A DNA stretch of 63,637 nucleotides, counting the filler, from Reticulomyxa filosa (Eukaryota > Protista > Foraminifera), in NCBI GenBank assembly GCA_000512085.1. It is 22 parts of 22 records of this genome, joined end to end, with 100 filler letters (N's around TTAATTAATTAA, not from the genome) between each part and the next. Parts side by side here need not be neighbours in the genome. Positions count along the whole stretch, not along the records: positions 49,286 to 50,446 come from ASPP01026740.1; positions 50,547 to 54,805 come from ASPP01008619.1; positions 54,906 to 56,409 come from ASPP01026212.1; positions 56,510 to 62,526 come from ASPP01018592.1; 18 more parts are not named here. The stretch is one strand, 5' to 3'. This document shows, piece after piece, positions 49,286 through 62,526 of the stretch. Every line of letters begins with the position of its first letter. Within the stretch, counting starts at the first letter, position 1. Below the pieces are notes generated by a model, which was given only the letters and a program-made list of their open reading frames with translations, ran no database searches and had not been told where the DNA came from. The position numbers and the translations under genes were made by a program.

Positions 49286-50250
49286 GGAGATCGGCGCAAT
49301 ACATTTTGGAAGCTATTACTGATAGTAATATACAAGTTGCATCAAGCAACAATATCTGGATCAAAAAGTGATAAAGAATTAGATGAGAAATCTACAGTAT
49401 TCCCCGATTTAATGTGGGCATCTGATAATAAAATGAATGGAAAATCAGAACTAGAAAATCCATTTATAGTAATAGATTATAAAATACCAGTGAAACTTGA
49501 AATATTTGATAATAATAAAGATGAACTTGATAAAATTTGGACAAATGGCTTTATCGATATTGATTCTATAATTGAAGAAAATACTAGTTAATAAATATTT
49601 TGTTTGAAATTTTTCACAAAACAATGCATATAAATAAAAAAGGAAATAACAGTAAAAATACAAAAACTTATATTGAAGCATCTTTAGTAAATCCAATTTT
49701 ACAGATCGCAGGCTATATGATATGGAATGGAGCAAAAGTTGTGATGATAATAGGATATCCAAGATTCTTTTGGTTCGAAGTAGATAGTGTTGATCCAAAT
49801 GGAAAGTTCACAATAAATGTATATTCAATGTTGAAAATGAATTCTTTTGAAGACGCCATGCCGGAACTGGTGCGAATAACCAAATATGCTAAAACACTTT
49901 CACCAAATAAAAAATATTTTAGTGAAAAAAATAATAATATTGAAGGAGATAAAAAAATAAAAGACGAAATTGAAGATGGTGAAATATTTATGATACTTGA
50001 TTAGAAAAATGATGAATTGCATAATGAATAGAAGAAAGAATGTCAAGAAAGAGATAGTTGTGGAGAAAAACAAAAAGATGAATAGCGAAATGAACATGAA
50101 CAAGAAGATGAAGATGAACATGAAGATGAACATGAAGATGAAGAGGAACAATATGATGAAAAAATATTGACACGCAAACACACAAAGAAAATTAACTTTT
50201 CAAATAAATCTAAGCACTTGCACGCTGTTTCGCAAGCAAAAATTGAATAA
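49286..50250 (+). pseudogene. PD-(D/E)xK restriction-endonuclease-fold protein (Crinkler/REase-like) with acidic tail, interrupted by TAG codons
   Basis: VFPDLMW...PFIVIDYKIP...PILQIAGYMIWNG.KVVMIIGY; TAG at 49585, 50002, 50029 and 50083; one frameshift near 49580. Confidence 0.55.
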
Positions 50251-50546
50251 TTTTTTTCTCCAATTTGATTCCATAAACGGACCATAATATTCCGACTTGT
50301 TTTGGATTCCTGCAATGCCTTACGAGCATATGTTGATTTAAATTTTGTTACACCACAATAAGCAGGATCGCAATCTATTTTTTTTATTTTTTTTTGCACA
50401 AATTTTTTATTCTTACTTTATTTTTTCGGTAGAAATAAAAAAAAAANNNNNNNNNNNNNNNNNNNNNNNNNNNNNNNNNNNNNNNNNNNNTTAATTAATT
50501 AANNNNNNNNNNNNNNNNNNNNNNNNNNNNNNNNNNNNNNNNNNNN

Positions 50547-51218
50547 GGGGGGGGGGGAAATAATGCTACGTCTTGTCGAATGACCACATAAGTAGAAAGA
50601 ACTAACACAGTGAATATGGCTTCAATAATGCAAAAGGGTAATATTAATTTGTAAAACATGAACCGAAAATTTCCTAAAGTTTGACGGTGCCGTATAATCC
50701 ACGATTGGTTCATGACGGCGGGATTTATCAATTGTTTCCATTCTTCGCGCAGCGCATGAACTGCTAAGCGCACTTGGTAGTACCCGAAATAAAACCTTGC
50801 TACTGCCAATGTCAATCCTGGCTGCGTGCTGCTCGCAGTTACATATTGTATGATTCGAAGTGATTTTAATGCTTCTTCCGACCACTTTGTACATAGACTT
50901 AATATTATTGCCGATTGCTTTTTTTTTTTTTTTTTAGTATAAAAATTACTGAGGGATTGATTATGTAATTTTTACAGAAAGTAATGACCGCACTAAAAAA
51001 AGGTTTTGCAGGTGATGAAACGGAAAATACAAAAAGCAAACCTGAATGAAAAATATCAAGCAAACAAATACTAGACAATACACAATAATTGGATTGCGAG
51101 CTCTCACCGGCGGAGAATACTGATTTTGATAAAACACTATGACAAAAAAAAACAAAGAAGGAAACAAAACCAACCAAATGAGAGCCAATATTGCTGTTGC
51201 TATTACCCAAGATGACAT
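50547..51218 (-). CDS. Multi-pass membrane protein (possibly a 7TM-RGS-like N-terminus), 3' partial
   Basis: Several hydrophobic helices; PPVRARNP after TM1; intron at about 50900-51043. Confidence 0.45.
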
Positions 51219-52656
51219 TTCTATTTTTTCTTTTGGAATAATTTATCGATTGAACCTTTAAAAAAAAAAATGATCATCCTTACAATAGACGATCGAAACG
51301 GAATGTCACAAAATGAAAAACTTGAAAAATATGAATCGGAAAGAGAATGAAAATTGAGTGGCTAATAGAGTAGGTTAATAAATAAGTAAAAAAAGTGTCT
51401 TAGAAAAATATCGATTACAAGAAAAAAAAATATAACGACAATTACCCAAAGGATAACCAAAGAAACAAGTAAACATTAATATATCAAACTTGTGGACCAT
51501 ACATAATTTGCAATTGTACAAAAAAAAGTACAATATGACAATACAAAACAAATTAAATCAAACACTTTGTTTTTATTTTGATATATTCTCAAGTTGTGCA
51601 ATTAAAAAAAAATCATTGGGTCCAATGGAATAAACATTTGCCAAAGCTACGATGATTGAAGTAAAGTCAACATCAATCATTTCAAGACGTCAATACTTTG
51701 TGTGGCACATAAGAAAAATTGTCCATGTAGAATTTGCATAATGTCCACCGCAGAAGCTTGGACTTGTGTTTGCTTCATTAAATAAGCAAATAAGGGTTGC
51801 GATTTACCATTACAGATAAAAAGCATCCTTCATGTTTGATTCTTGAAGAAGAGAACTCCAAGTCTTGGATTTGTACACGGATTATTGCGTCATTCATTGA
51901 AAAGCATTTTTTCAAACAAATATCAAATTGATGGTCTTGCACCGTCAATCAAATCGTCCCATAACTCTCTTTTGAAAAAATATAAATACATACATCATGT
52001 GTCATGTATATATGTACATATATATGCTTTTGTCGAGACGTCCCTTTTCAAAATTTTATTTTGTAACTTGAATGTTTATCACACATTGTCACGTTCAAAC
52101 TACTGAAGACCCATGTGTCCCACGCATAAAGTTGTTGTAACTCCCAAAGTGTTCAATTAAGGATATTTCTTTTCCTGTGTTTTAGTTGAAGTACCTCCGT
52201 CTAATAAGGGATCACACTACACATACCGTAGCACAACTACTGCGACCGTTCTAATTGTACAATATTTGTTTAAGACCAATTTAGAATTTTTTTAGAACAC
52301 CACGCCCCCTAAGTTTTCTTTTAAAGCGGTTCCTACTGATGTTACACACTATTACTATTTTTGCTTTATTGAATTACAGTTCATTGATCCACTAGTTATA
52401 TACTCTTGAAATGCAAATTAATTTTTATAAACACGCATCTGGACTTGCAAATAGAACGCAACAAAGAGATCGAAGTGAGAAAAAAAGTAAACGAAGACAA
52501 AAAAAAACAACAATAAAAAATAATATGGTTATACATATTACACAAGATTCACAAAATACTCAAAAATACAGAATCGAAGAAAACAGAAAAAAAAGCAAAT
52601 CAAATGCATGCTATTTCTAAATGGATGCGATGTAAAGCGTAAAATAAAACTAGTTT

Positions 52657-54760
52657 TTAACCTCCTAAGGGCATTTCTGGCATTAACAGTTCTTTCAAAG
52701 CTCCATAAACATTAATCTTCCAAATATGTTGAGGATCTTGAAATTTAATCATTCCAAAATGTACAATGGATTGAACCTGGGCTGGAACACTCCATTTGTG
52801 GAAAGGAGATTTATCAGCAAAATCAACTTTCTTGTTATCAACTTTTTCTTCATCCTCATCGTCATCTAGCCGATCGAATTGGGAAGAGCAAGGAGAAGGA
52901 GGGGCAAAGATTAAACAAAAAAATATTGAAAAAAAGCACAGAAAAGTCAATAAAATAAAATAAAAAAACAAACCGAAAACAATGATGTTAGTCAGTCTAC
53001 GAATCAATCGGATGCTCCATAAATTTCTACAAATTCTGAACCATTGTTGAAGTAATTCTTCCAACTTGCTGCAAAATTCATTGTTGATACGTATAATTTT
53101 ACCTTGACTTTGTTGGAAGGTTTTAAATTTGGGGATATCTTTATGCTTGTTTTCGAAGTGTTTCATGGACAATTCATTCAATCGTATATCTAAGGCTTTC
53201 AAAGTTTTTTTAATGTTCGGAGATCTGACAAAAGCGTCGATCCAAGTAATGTCAATAACAGGTTCCAACAAAAGAGTATTTCCAGTGATTTTTACACGTG
53301 GGATTGCATTGCTATCATCATGACTATTGCCATTATTGGAATCTGAAAAGGAAGAAGGGTTTTTCCGAGGCTCATTGGATAAAGCTCGTTGCAAATTTAA
53401 GGGCCTATTCAATCCTCTGTTGTTGTTCAGGTATACATTAATTTTACTCCTTGGGTGCTGAATAAACTCAATGGTTAGATATTCCAAGCACTGACATTGT
53501 GACAATAATGAAAACATTTCCTTTACTGGCTGTTGCTTTTTCTTGGAATCATTGGAATGCAAAATGGAACCAATGATGGAAGTGCGTTCATCAACATCTT
53601 GCGAGGGGTCTACCTCTTCCTCAAACTGCAGTTGCAGGTCCAACCTTACAACAGAACCGGAAAACCCCTGAGCAAAAGATGCAAACACTTTAGAATGATA
53701 CAAAACGTTTTTGATGATTAATTGTTTAATTTTTTGTGTTTGCAGCATTTTCGTCCAATTGATTGATTCGCTAAACTCGAATGAAGACAACAACCCACTT
53801 AAGTACAATTTGTCTAGTTGCACAAACGCGTCGCAATCAGGTAGAGATGTGCTCATGTGCATACAAGAAAAAGATCTGGAGAGCGATGTTGTATGTGACA
53901 GTTGATCCATGGGATCATGTGTTGCTATGTCTATGGCATTGAACAGGGCTGTCCTTGACAACTGAGGTGCGTCATCATCTCCAACCATTTTCTGTTTTGC
54001 CTCACCGCTCTCATCAATGAAATTGCCCGAAATCGAGTTGGCCATTTGCTTTTGCTCTTTTAGACACTTGCATTCTTGTGACAGCGTCTCAAAAAGACTG
54101 CGTAGTGCTGGCAATTGATCACTTCGTAATCCACTGGAAGGCAAGATAATGGCCATATTTTCCAAAGCAAATTTTTGAAAATAGCCTTGTTTTATGTTAC
54201 GTTTTTTTTGGTGTTGTGCACAGCGTTGTAAAAATTCATTTACCATTGACACTTGGTCATTCACATATTTACTCATTTTCGCACTATTTTTGCTCCACAA
54301 ATTTTGTAACGAGTGCATTTTTTTTGGGTTACTGGAAGACGAATTTCCGCCATTGCTTTGACTTGGAGCATTACCACTCAAAGGAAACTCTTTTGCAGTT
54401 ATTACATTTTTGTTCCTTTTCGATTGCTTCTGTTCTGGATTTATGCTTTGTTCTGTTCCGTCGTCCCCTCCCTTTGCTTGACTATTCGGAATTTCATTGA
54501 CATGGCTTTGCAGACACGCCTCGGTGTATTGCAAGACTATGGTATGCAAGTGGTTGTAATTGTTTTCCAAAAATTTTTTTAGTTCTTCTTTCTTACTGCA
54601 ACGCACGTCCACCAAATGCAACTCTTCCAATGTCACGCAAGTATTCCGAGTGTTTAGACTATTAATTGCTGGCCAAATATCAAATAGCACTGGCCGACGA
54701 ATCACAGAAACGCAGTATTTGTACACTCGACTTGCCTTGAACTTCTTTTCGTGTGCTTCA
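52657..54760 (-). CDS. Large hypothetical protein with RNI/LRR-like segments (5' partial)
   Basis: 689-aa ORF with LEELHL, LHTIVL, LDKLYLSG, LEYLTI and LKALDI motifs; a short in-frame intron-like stretch at about 52905-52990. Confidence 0.6.
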
Positions 54761-54764
54761 ATTT

Positions 54765-54803
<39 letters not shown>

Positions 54804-54905
54804 GGNNNNNNNNNNNNNNNNNNNNNNNNNNNNNNNNNNNNNNNNNNNNTTAATTAATTAANNNNNNNNNNNNNNNNNNNNNNNNNNNNNNNNNNNNNNN
54901 NNNNN

Positions 54906-54943
<38 letters not shown>

Positions 54944-54947
<4 letters not shown>

Positions 54948-55273
54948 GACAAATTAGATTTCGATGACAAGTCGAAATATGTCAGTGTAAAAATTGGCGA
55001 GACAAAGACAGAGGATTGCCATGTCCCAACGAAATTTGCAAGCAAAAATGGGGGGAATGTCAGTGCAAGGGCCTATCAAAAACATGAGAATTACACATGC
55101 TTTACGACCTCCCTTTGTACAACGCCACAAGTACTGTTCCATCAATGCTCGTCATTCGAATTGGAATTTCGAGACAAGTGTCTACCAATCATTACTTTGG
55201 AAATTTGTTGGATGCTACTATTCGTCTTAAATGTTCAGGTTAAACATATTAACATATTAACATATACATATAC

Positions 55274-55305
<32 letters not shown>

Positions 55306-56375
55306 GTATGTATATAAATATTTGTACATATATTTCTATATGTGCTATACGTGTATAACCTTCATCTCTTTCTATTTGTTAGTTTGTGGTGAAAGAAATG
55401 GATAGGACGAAGCAACGGCAAGCACAGAGAGAGAAAGCATTGCTATTGAGATCGTCCATGTCTGCGTTAGTGATTGACATGAAGAGTCGAGTTTGGAATA
55501 AGTTGGAAGCCAACACGTCGGGCGGTGATCACAACTGGAGTTGGCTGGAGATATTGGGTGTGATTGGACTCATTATTGTAACGGTTTTGGCATGTTTGGG
55601 TTGCTATTGCGGTCTTCTTCGCGCCTTTCGAGTATTCCATTTGATTCGTCATGTGACTGCATTGCATCACAATGCAAACCTTCGTGTGTCTCGATCGACC
55701 TCGCGGACGCGGACATCGACAAGGAGAAGGGGGTCTTCTGATGGCACAAGCAGCGAAAGCAGTGACAGACGTGTGTTGCATGATCATCCCACTGAACCTG
55801 TTCCTGCTCATTCAGATGGAGCCAATTCCAAACGCAGACATCATAGTCATCAAGATACGGAGTCGGGGGGGAAAAAACATAGAGGCAGTCGTCATTCGCA
55901 CTCTAAACATCGCAATAAAATAAACATCGCTCTCCCAAGTCCACTTCTCAACCAAGAAGACACTCGCTGCCTTTGGTCGACTTCGAACATGCCCGACACT
56001 CGCAACATGCACAGAACCATCGTCGCCGGTTTCAGAGCCAGTTGTTCAATAATGCTCCCTCTACGTCTCATGTGCCACCCTATTTGGACGATGCCACGCG
56101 TGAGGGTCCGATGCCACCCTATCCTTATTCCGCCTCTGGGCAATATGTCTTCCCGTTTTCTTCTCAACCCAATCCCGCTCTAGTGACCAGCTTTCCTTAT
56201 GCAGCAAATACTACTCCCGTCGCTGCTGATACCAATGATCCCAGTCATCATGCTATCCCTGTGATGCCTCATTTTCAATCGGCATACAGTGCTGATCTCA
56301 ACATGCACCCGGACACTATGTCTCCACAACAAGTTCAGCAATGGCAAATGTGGTACGAACAACAAAGGCAGCTGC

Positions 56376-56409
<34 letters not shown>
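54944..56409 (+). CDS. Hypothetical membrane protein with Ser/His/Pro-rich and poly-Gln tail (fragment)
   Basis: TM helix ILGVIGLIIVTVLACLGCYCGLL; intron at about 55239-55382; frameshift at about 55970. Confidence 0.5.
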
Positions 56410-56509
56410 NNNNNNNNNNNNNNNNNNNNNNNNNNNNNNNNNNNNNNNNNNNNTTAATTAATTAANNNNNNNNNNNNNNNNNNNNNNNNNNNNNNNNNNN
56501 NNNNNNNNN

Positions 56510-56660
56510 GTTAACTACTTCTTACTTCCTTGTCTTTTCTTACTTTCCTTTTGTCATTATTCTCTTTAATTTACTTTCCTTTTATTGAAGTTGTTCTTTT
56601 GGAACTAAGTTCCTTTCGTATTACATTTAGTGCAGATTCTCCACAGTAGACTCCCCACTA
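56510..56660 (+). mobile_element. Solo-LTR/MITE-like element, copy C (5' part cut by the contig edge)
   Basis: CCTTTCGTATTACATTTAGT at 56612-56631 and end ...CTCCCCAC; pyrimidine-rich body like copies A and B. Confidence 0.65.
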
Positions 56661-57268
56661 TTAATATTTTTTGTAATTGTTTTTCATTTTTTCTTTACTT
56701 TTTTTAGATCTAAATTCTTTACATTTTAAAAAAATAATTATTTGTTGTCTTTTGTTTAACATTCAAGTAGTTCATGTTATCACTAAATCTAGAATTTTTA
56801 CATTGTAAGCTAATAATTTTCAGATCATGTTACCTTCTCATCATCTAAAAAACGAATAATAAAGTATCAGCTGACCGCTTTCTGTAAATTTTTGTGCTGA
56901 TATAAACAGTACTGCAAATGCTTTCAAAAAAAAGTATTTTAGAACTTGTTTATAACCTTTGTGAACCTCCTAAAAAACCCCACAACAATCAAAGTTGCTT
57001 TTGTTCAAGAAAACAAAAGCAGTTCTTGACTTGAACATAATCAAATCGTCAACACAATGAAAATGAGGAAAAAAGAGGGTTTTGAATCTAATTCAAAAGT
57101 AGGGAACCTTTGACAAATATCGGATGCATTCCGGAATGGTAAGAAGAGAGTATTGACAAGGGTTGCATTTCGTAAATTATCATCAGTGTGAAAACAAAAA
57201 TAAAAACAAAAAACAACGGCAAATGCAAAATCAAGGAATGGAGACATATTTTTGAAGCAGGAGCAGTA

Positions 57269-58826
57269 TTAAGGATTTGGATTATTGTTGTTGTTAGTGC
57301 CATATTTCTATAGATCATAAAAAAAATAGCAGAACAGAAAAAAATTTAATTGTAATAACAAAGCGATTGCTTTTTTTTTGCCTTTCCGTGTCGTTTCCCT
57401 CTCCCTCTCACCCTCCTGTCAAACAAAAGAATTGGACGTAACTTTAATAATGGCTTGAATGAAAGCAGTGACCCCCATATCCGTTTCGTTGCCCGTTTGC
57501 AAACCCATTTGCGCTAATATGGTGCTCAAATTGGGTGAGTTGATAACCTCTTGCAGACGTTCCAAAGAACTTCGAAACTGAGGAGAGTTGATATGTTCCA
57601 GAATATCCTCTCTGCTTTTCATATCTTCCGGCAAATGTTCAGCCAGCTCTTCACAGACTTTTTCATCTTGCAATATCTGTTCTTTAATTTCTGGATTGAC
57701 TGATTCATTGGGGTTTAAATGTCTGTTAAATTGGGTTCCTTCTTTAATTTTTCCACCAACTCTCGTTGTTTCGCCTTTTGTTGTTCCAATGCTTGGGCGA
57801 CAAGTTGGGCGATTTGTTGTTGCGGCTGTTGCTGTGGTGGTGGCTGTTGTGATTGCTGAGGCTTTTGCTGTTGATTGCTTTGTGTTGTCGTTGGCGCTTT
57901 GTTGCCGCTTGCGTTGTTACCAGCAGGTCTTCTATTGTTGTTTCCTGCACCTTGCATGGTTCGGAAGAGCAATTGGCTTATGTCATCTCCACCTCCACCT
58001 GCGTTCGACCCACCCTTTCGATTGTTGATCCCAAAAAAAGGGAACCAACATTACAAAAAAAAAAAAAAAAAAAAAAAAAAAGTTCATTCAAAATTTTTAA
58101 AAAAATATCCAATCAATAAAACAAAACAAAAAAAGTTGAATTTTTTTTGTTGTTGTTTTTGGTTAATAATAGAGAGAACTTGCAAGGAATGGAGCATGGC
58201 TTGTTGCAACTGCTGTTCGTAACTCAAGGCCCCTCCTGACGCGGTACTGCTATTGCTGTTGGCATTATTGCTATTCTCCCCACTCAGTGACTCGCCACGA
58301 CACAGTTTGTTCACATTTTCCAAATATTCTTTATCTTTCTCATCACTTCCTTCTTGCATCCAAAAAAAGTGTTTCACACCAGATTGCAACATTCTTTTTT
58401 TTTTTTTTTTTTTTGATCAAAAACATTCATTGGAGAATTTTTTTTTTTTTTTTTTTGCGTGATTGCGTAACGCATAACAAAAAAAAAACACACACACATT
58501 TTTCAATAGTTGTTTCAACATTATTGATAATTCGATATATCTTTAAAAAAAAAGATATATACACATGCACACATTTACCAAACCTGAGAACGAACACTCG
58601 CCCATCCGTACATTCACTGACTTTTTCAAAAGCTGCTGTATTTGGAAACAACATGATGTCCAAGTCAACATTGCTACTAATGCGATTTTGCCATTGAAAA
58701 TGAGTCACTCCGTCATCTGCCTAAATAATGTGTTCAAAGGAGTGTCAAAGTTACAATTGTCATTCGTTGGATTGCTCAATTCAATTCAATTAAAAAGAAA
58801 CAAATATAAGCGTTTGGTGTGTGTTT

Positions 58827-58864
<38 letters not shown>

Positions 58865-59182
58865 TCGGTTATTAACTCGTACTAATTTCACTAGACCTGG
58901 CTTTTTATCTGCTGTCACCATTCGTGACGCTTCACTAAATTCCATGCGTCCTGCTTTGAAATGCACTAATCCCTCTATTTTTTATTCCCACCCACACCCC
59001 GTATACATTACGCAGGACCAACACAATCACATTTTAATTGTTTTTGTTGCAACCAACAAAGTTTGTCACCCCCTCTCTCTGCTTTCCTCTTCTCCTTGCT
59101 CATTAGTTGTAAGTTTACCGTCTGCTTGTTGCTGTGCTTGCATCATCTGTTGCAACATTCGCAATTGGTTTGCATTCATCAT
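57269..59182 (-). CDS. RPN13: Proteasomal ubiquitin receptor RPN13/ADRM1
   Basis: Pru domain FKAGRM...VTADKKPG...HFQWQNR...FEKVSECTDGRVFVLRF...FFWMQE and DEUBAD region HLP...INSPQFRSSL; one frameshift in an A-run at about 57750. Confidence 0.9.
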
Positions 59183-61640
59183 CTTATTTTCAGCTCCTTA
59201 TCCAACAGAATTTATTGCGATATAAAAGAGTTAATCAATCCAATAAATATGTGAGCAATGCTGGTAAAAAAAAATGAATTATTTCGTCCAAAAGGGGTCG
59301 TGCGACTGCTTCGTTTTACAGTCAAAAGTTTCGTCAATCTTCCTATTTTTGGAAAAAGTGAATGCTCTAACTACAAGAATGTGAATGAATTGTGTTTGTG
59401 GTTGTGCAACACATTGTTAAATCTACAAAAAGTGCATTTTAACATTTTATTTATATGTTTGACTGAGTTTCTCCGAAAAAGCAATTCTACCTGAACTCAG
59501 ACGCCACTAATTGAAAGTACAATGAATTTATGTTGGCATCTAGCAATGTAAATATATTTGATTTATGCAAGGTAGATAAGGTAAATCACAATGAACTCCA
59601 AATCTCCTTCTCTTTAAATTTAATATATACATATATGTGAAATATGAAAAACAATTTCTGTATATTGTCTAATAAAGGTTTTAAAAAAGACTCAATAACA
59701 GAGATGATATTCTTTATTTCTTTAATTACTTGTTTGGTTTATCAATCAAAACATTGTACAAAAATAGATTATATTTATTTAGAGCATTGCTTTATACACT
59801 GATAAAACAAGGAAATAATACAATAAAGATAAATTTAAAAATACTATATTTCAAATAAGCCACAATAAAAGTGCAACTTGTAAAATCATAAAAGCATAAT
59901 AAGAAATCACTAAAAAACTCAAATACAAGTAGAACACAGCAGAAACAATGTAAAGAGGACTAAAAATAATTTTAAGAAAAAAAACATTATATGCAGATTT
60001 CTATTTTTTAAAATTTAAATGAAATGTCGAATTTACATTGATTTCAAGTTGTCATTACATTTTCTCTTTTTGTCTAAAAACATTATAGTAGATGCAAAAA
60101 AGCTTAGCACTTAAAAAACAACTTCGTTGACTAAAAGACTATTAATTATATTCACCTTCGAGTCAACGTCGAAACCTTTTCACAAACATTTTTCAAAACA
60201 CAACTGTACATGATATTGAAATCGATTTGTCAAATATTATATATATATATAGCATTGTGTAGAATATATTTGTTTTGTGACAGCTTGATTTAACTGACAC
60301 AAAACAATATTCAACAAAGCGATAAATATTTACATTTTATATTCCAAATAAGATTGGACAATTGCAGTTTGATAAACAAAATCAAAATAAATTATTAACA
60401 ACTTAAAAAAAAATTACACGTAAAAACGAAAAAAGATTATGCACAAAATTTGTGATAATTCGAATTTACAAAAATTCAAATATAAAACATTTAAATTGAT
60501 TTATACGAACGTCAATAACTTTTTTTTACCAAATTTATATGTTGCTATAAAGCTTTGTGTACATTTTGATTATCAAAGTTTTCAAAAAACTATTTTTAAA
60601 GAACAAACAAGCAATTTTAATTTTTTTTTGATAATAAGTTTAAAAAAACAAACGTATATAAAATTTAAATTTAAATTGATATAAATCGTAAAATAAACAC
60701 AAAGTTTACATTGTTTTCATGCAAATATTAGTCGATATTGCTATTTTATGATGACTTAATTGTCTTGGATCTTTGCATTGACATTTTGTATTGCGTCATT
60801 ATGCTAAACGAAACTGTTCAGAATAAATGCAAACAATCATATTCAAGTTTAAGGTAAGTCACGATATAATATACTAACATTTGCATCGACATTTTTTACT
60901 TTTCTTTTTTTTGAACCAACAAACTTTTTCTTTAGAAAAACTCTTACATCTTGGTCCCCCGTTTTTGGTAACACTTTGGTTTGTCTAATCAAAATTACAA
61001 TAAGAACTTGTTTGAAATTTGTTGTAAAGCAATACAATTTCAGATACAATCTCTTTACACCAAATTCTTATTGTTCATAATCATTTTATTTGTCCTCTTA
61101 AAGCTTAGTTTTAATAAAAATTTGCACTTGGAATATCAACTTTTTTTGTATTATGCTGTAAATTATATTGTTGTTTTTGCTAAGAGAGCTGAAAAGCATA
61201 GAAAGGATGAGCTCTTGCAAAAAAAATTTTTTAAAGTGAAGAAAAACCAGACTAGACAAGTGCTACTTGTTTTGATTTTTTGTTTGTTCAACAGACGCAC
61301 TTTTCAAATCTTTTGTATAAAAAACATTATGCTATCTCTTTCACCATGTCAATTATTTCCCCCCAAAAATAAATAATAGTTTGTTGCTGTTGATATCTAA
61401 TTATTTTATAGATTATATTTCATTTCACATTTTTTAAACTGCTTTTCAAAAGTTTTTTGTTAAAATTTTTTGGAATATAGATCTAACGTTGATTATTGAA
61501 CATGCAAATGTGCACAATTTTAAAGTTTTTTGCGTCTTCTTTGAAAAAGCAAACAATTTTTAGTACTATTTAATACAAAAAAAAAAAAAAAACTAGTTCA
61601 GTCTTGTGACGTAAAAAGAAAAAACAAAGAAAGGTTTATC

Positions 61641-62526
61641 TTGCAAAAAAGAAGAATGACTGTTAATCTTTTTTCACAATTGTTATCACAACAGTTAAAA
61701 GCCTCACAATGGTGTTTGAGGCTGTGCAAGGTGACACTCGTGGTAATATTCATTATTTGGGGTCATGGTCTGGTGATTGGCATTGAGTATTCGTCAGGAT
61801 TTGGACTATGGAATTACTGGCAAAATAAGACAATTAGTTTAGAAGAAGTATCAGAAGCAGAAATTATATCAAATCAAACAACAACAAAAAGTTTATATGA
61901 TTCATTTTTCCGAGGCATTGGGAACATAAAATTATCCAATGAATTTGTAGAAGACTGGTGTGCATTTCCAAGTCGCAAGTCTTACGAAATGGAGAGAAGA
62001 TTTGCGGATCTTGAAGATAAAGATCCAAAAAATAAAAATATGAAGAAATGTCATTACGGTTCATTTTCCAATAATGTTACATTCGAACACAACGAGTCAA
62101 CAGGACAGCACTTTGTCATAGTAACTATCCAAACGCGACACCTTTTGGAAACAGCCAACATTATATCTGTACGAATGAATATTTTTTTCGCATTCGCATC
62201 CCTCAACAATGTTACCATTCCTAATCACTTGCATCTCCATGAGCAAAAAAATATATCTTCAACGCCGATAAATCAAACTCTGTTTAATTTTCCACTGACT
62301 CTACTTTGGAATAATACACAAGGTCACCGTTTGTGGCTAAAGTTAGAAATATGAAGCAACTGTTCCTCGAGAGTTCCGAGAACTTTTATCAACACTCATG
62401 TCCTGGGAATCCCCGTGAGATTTCAAAATCCACACTACTTTGAGCAGCAAAAAAGCAAGTTTAACGAGTGGCTTGGAGGCAGTGCCCACAAGCCACCAAA
62501 CGTTGTCATTGTAGTATCTGACAGCA
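61641..62526 (+). CDS. Putative membrane-anchored sulfatase/alkaline-phosphatase-superfamily protein (3' partial) with in-frame TGA at 62352-62354
   Basis: N-terminal TM helix; the same frame continues after the TGA to KPPNVVIVVSDS, the PNV....DS start of the catalytic domain. Confidence 0.5.
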
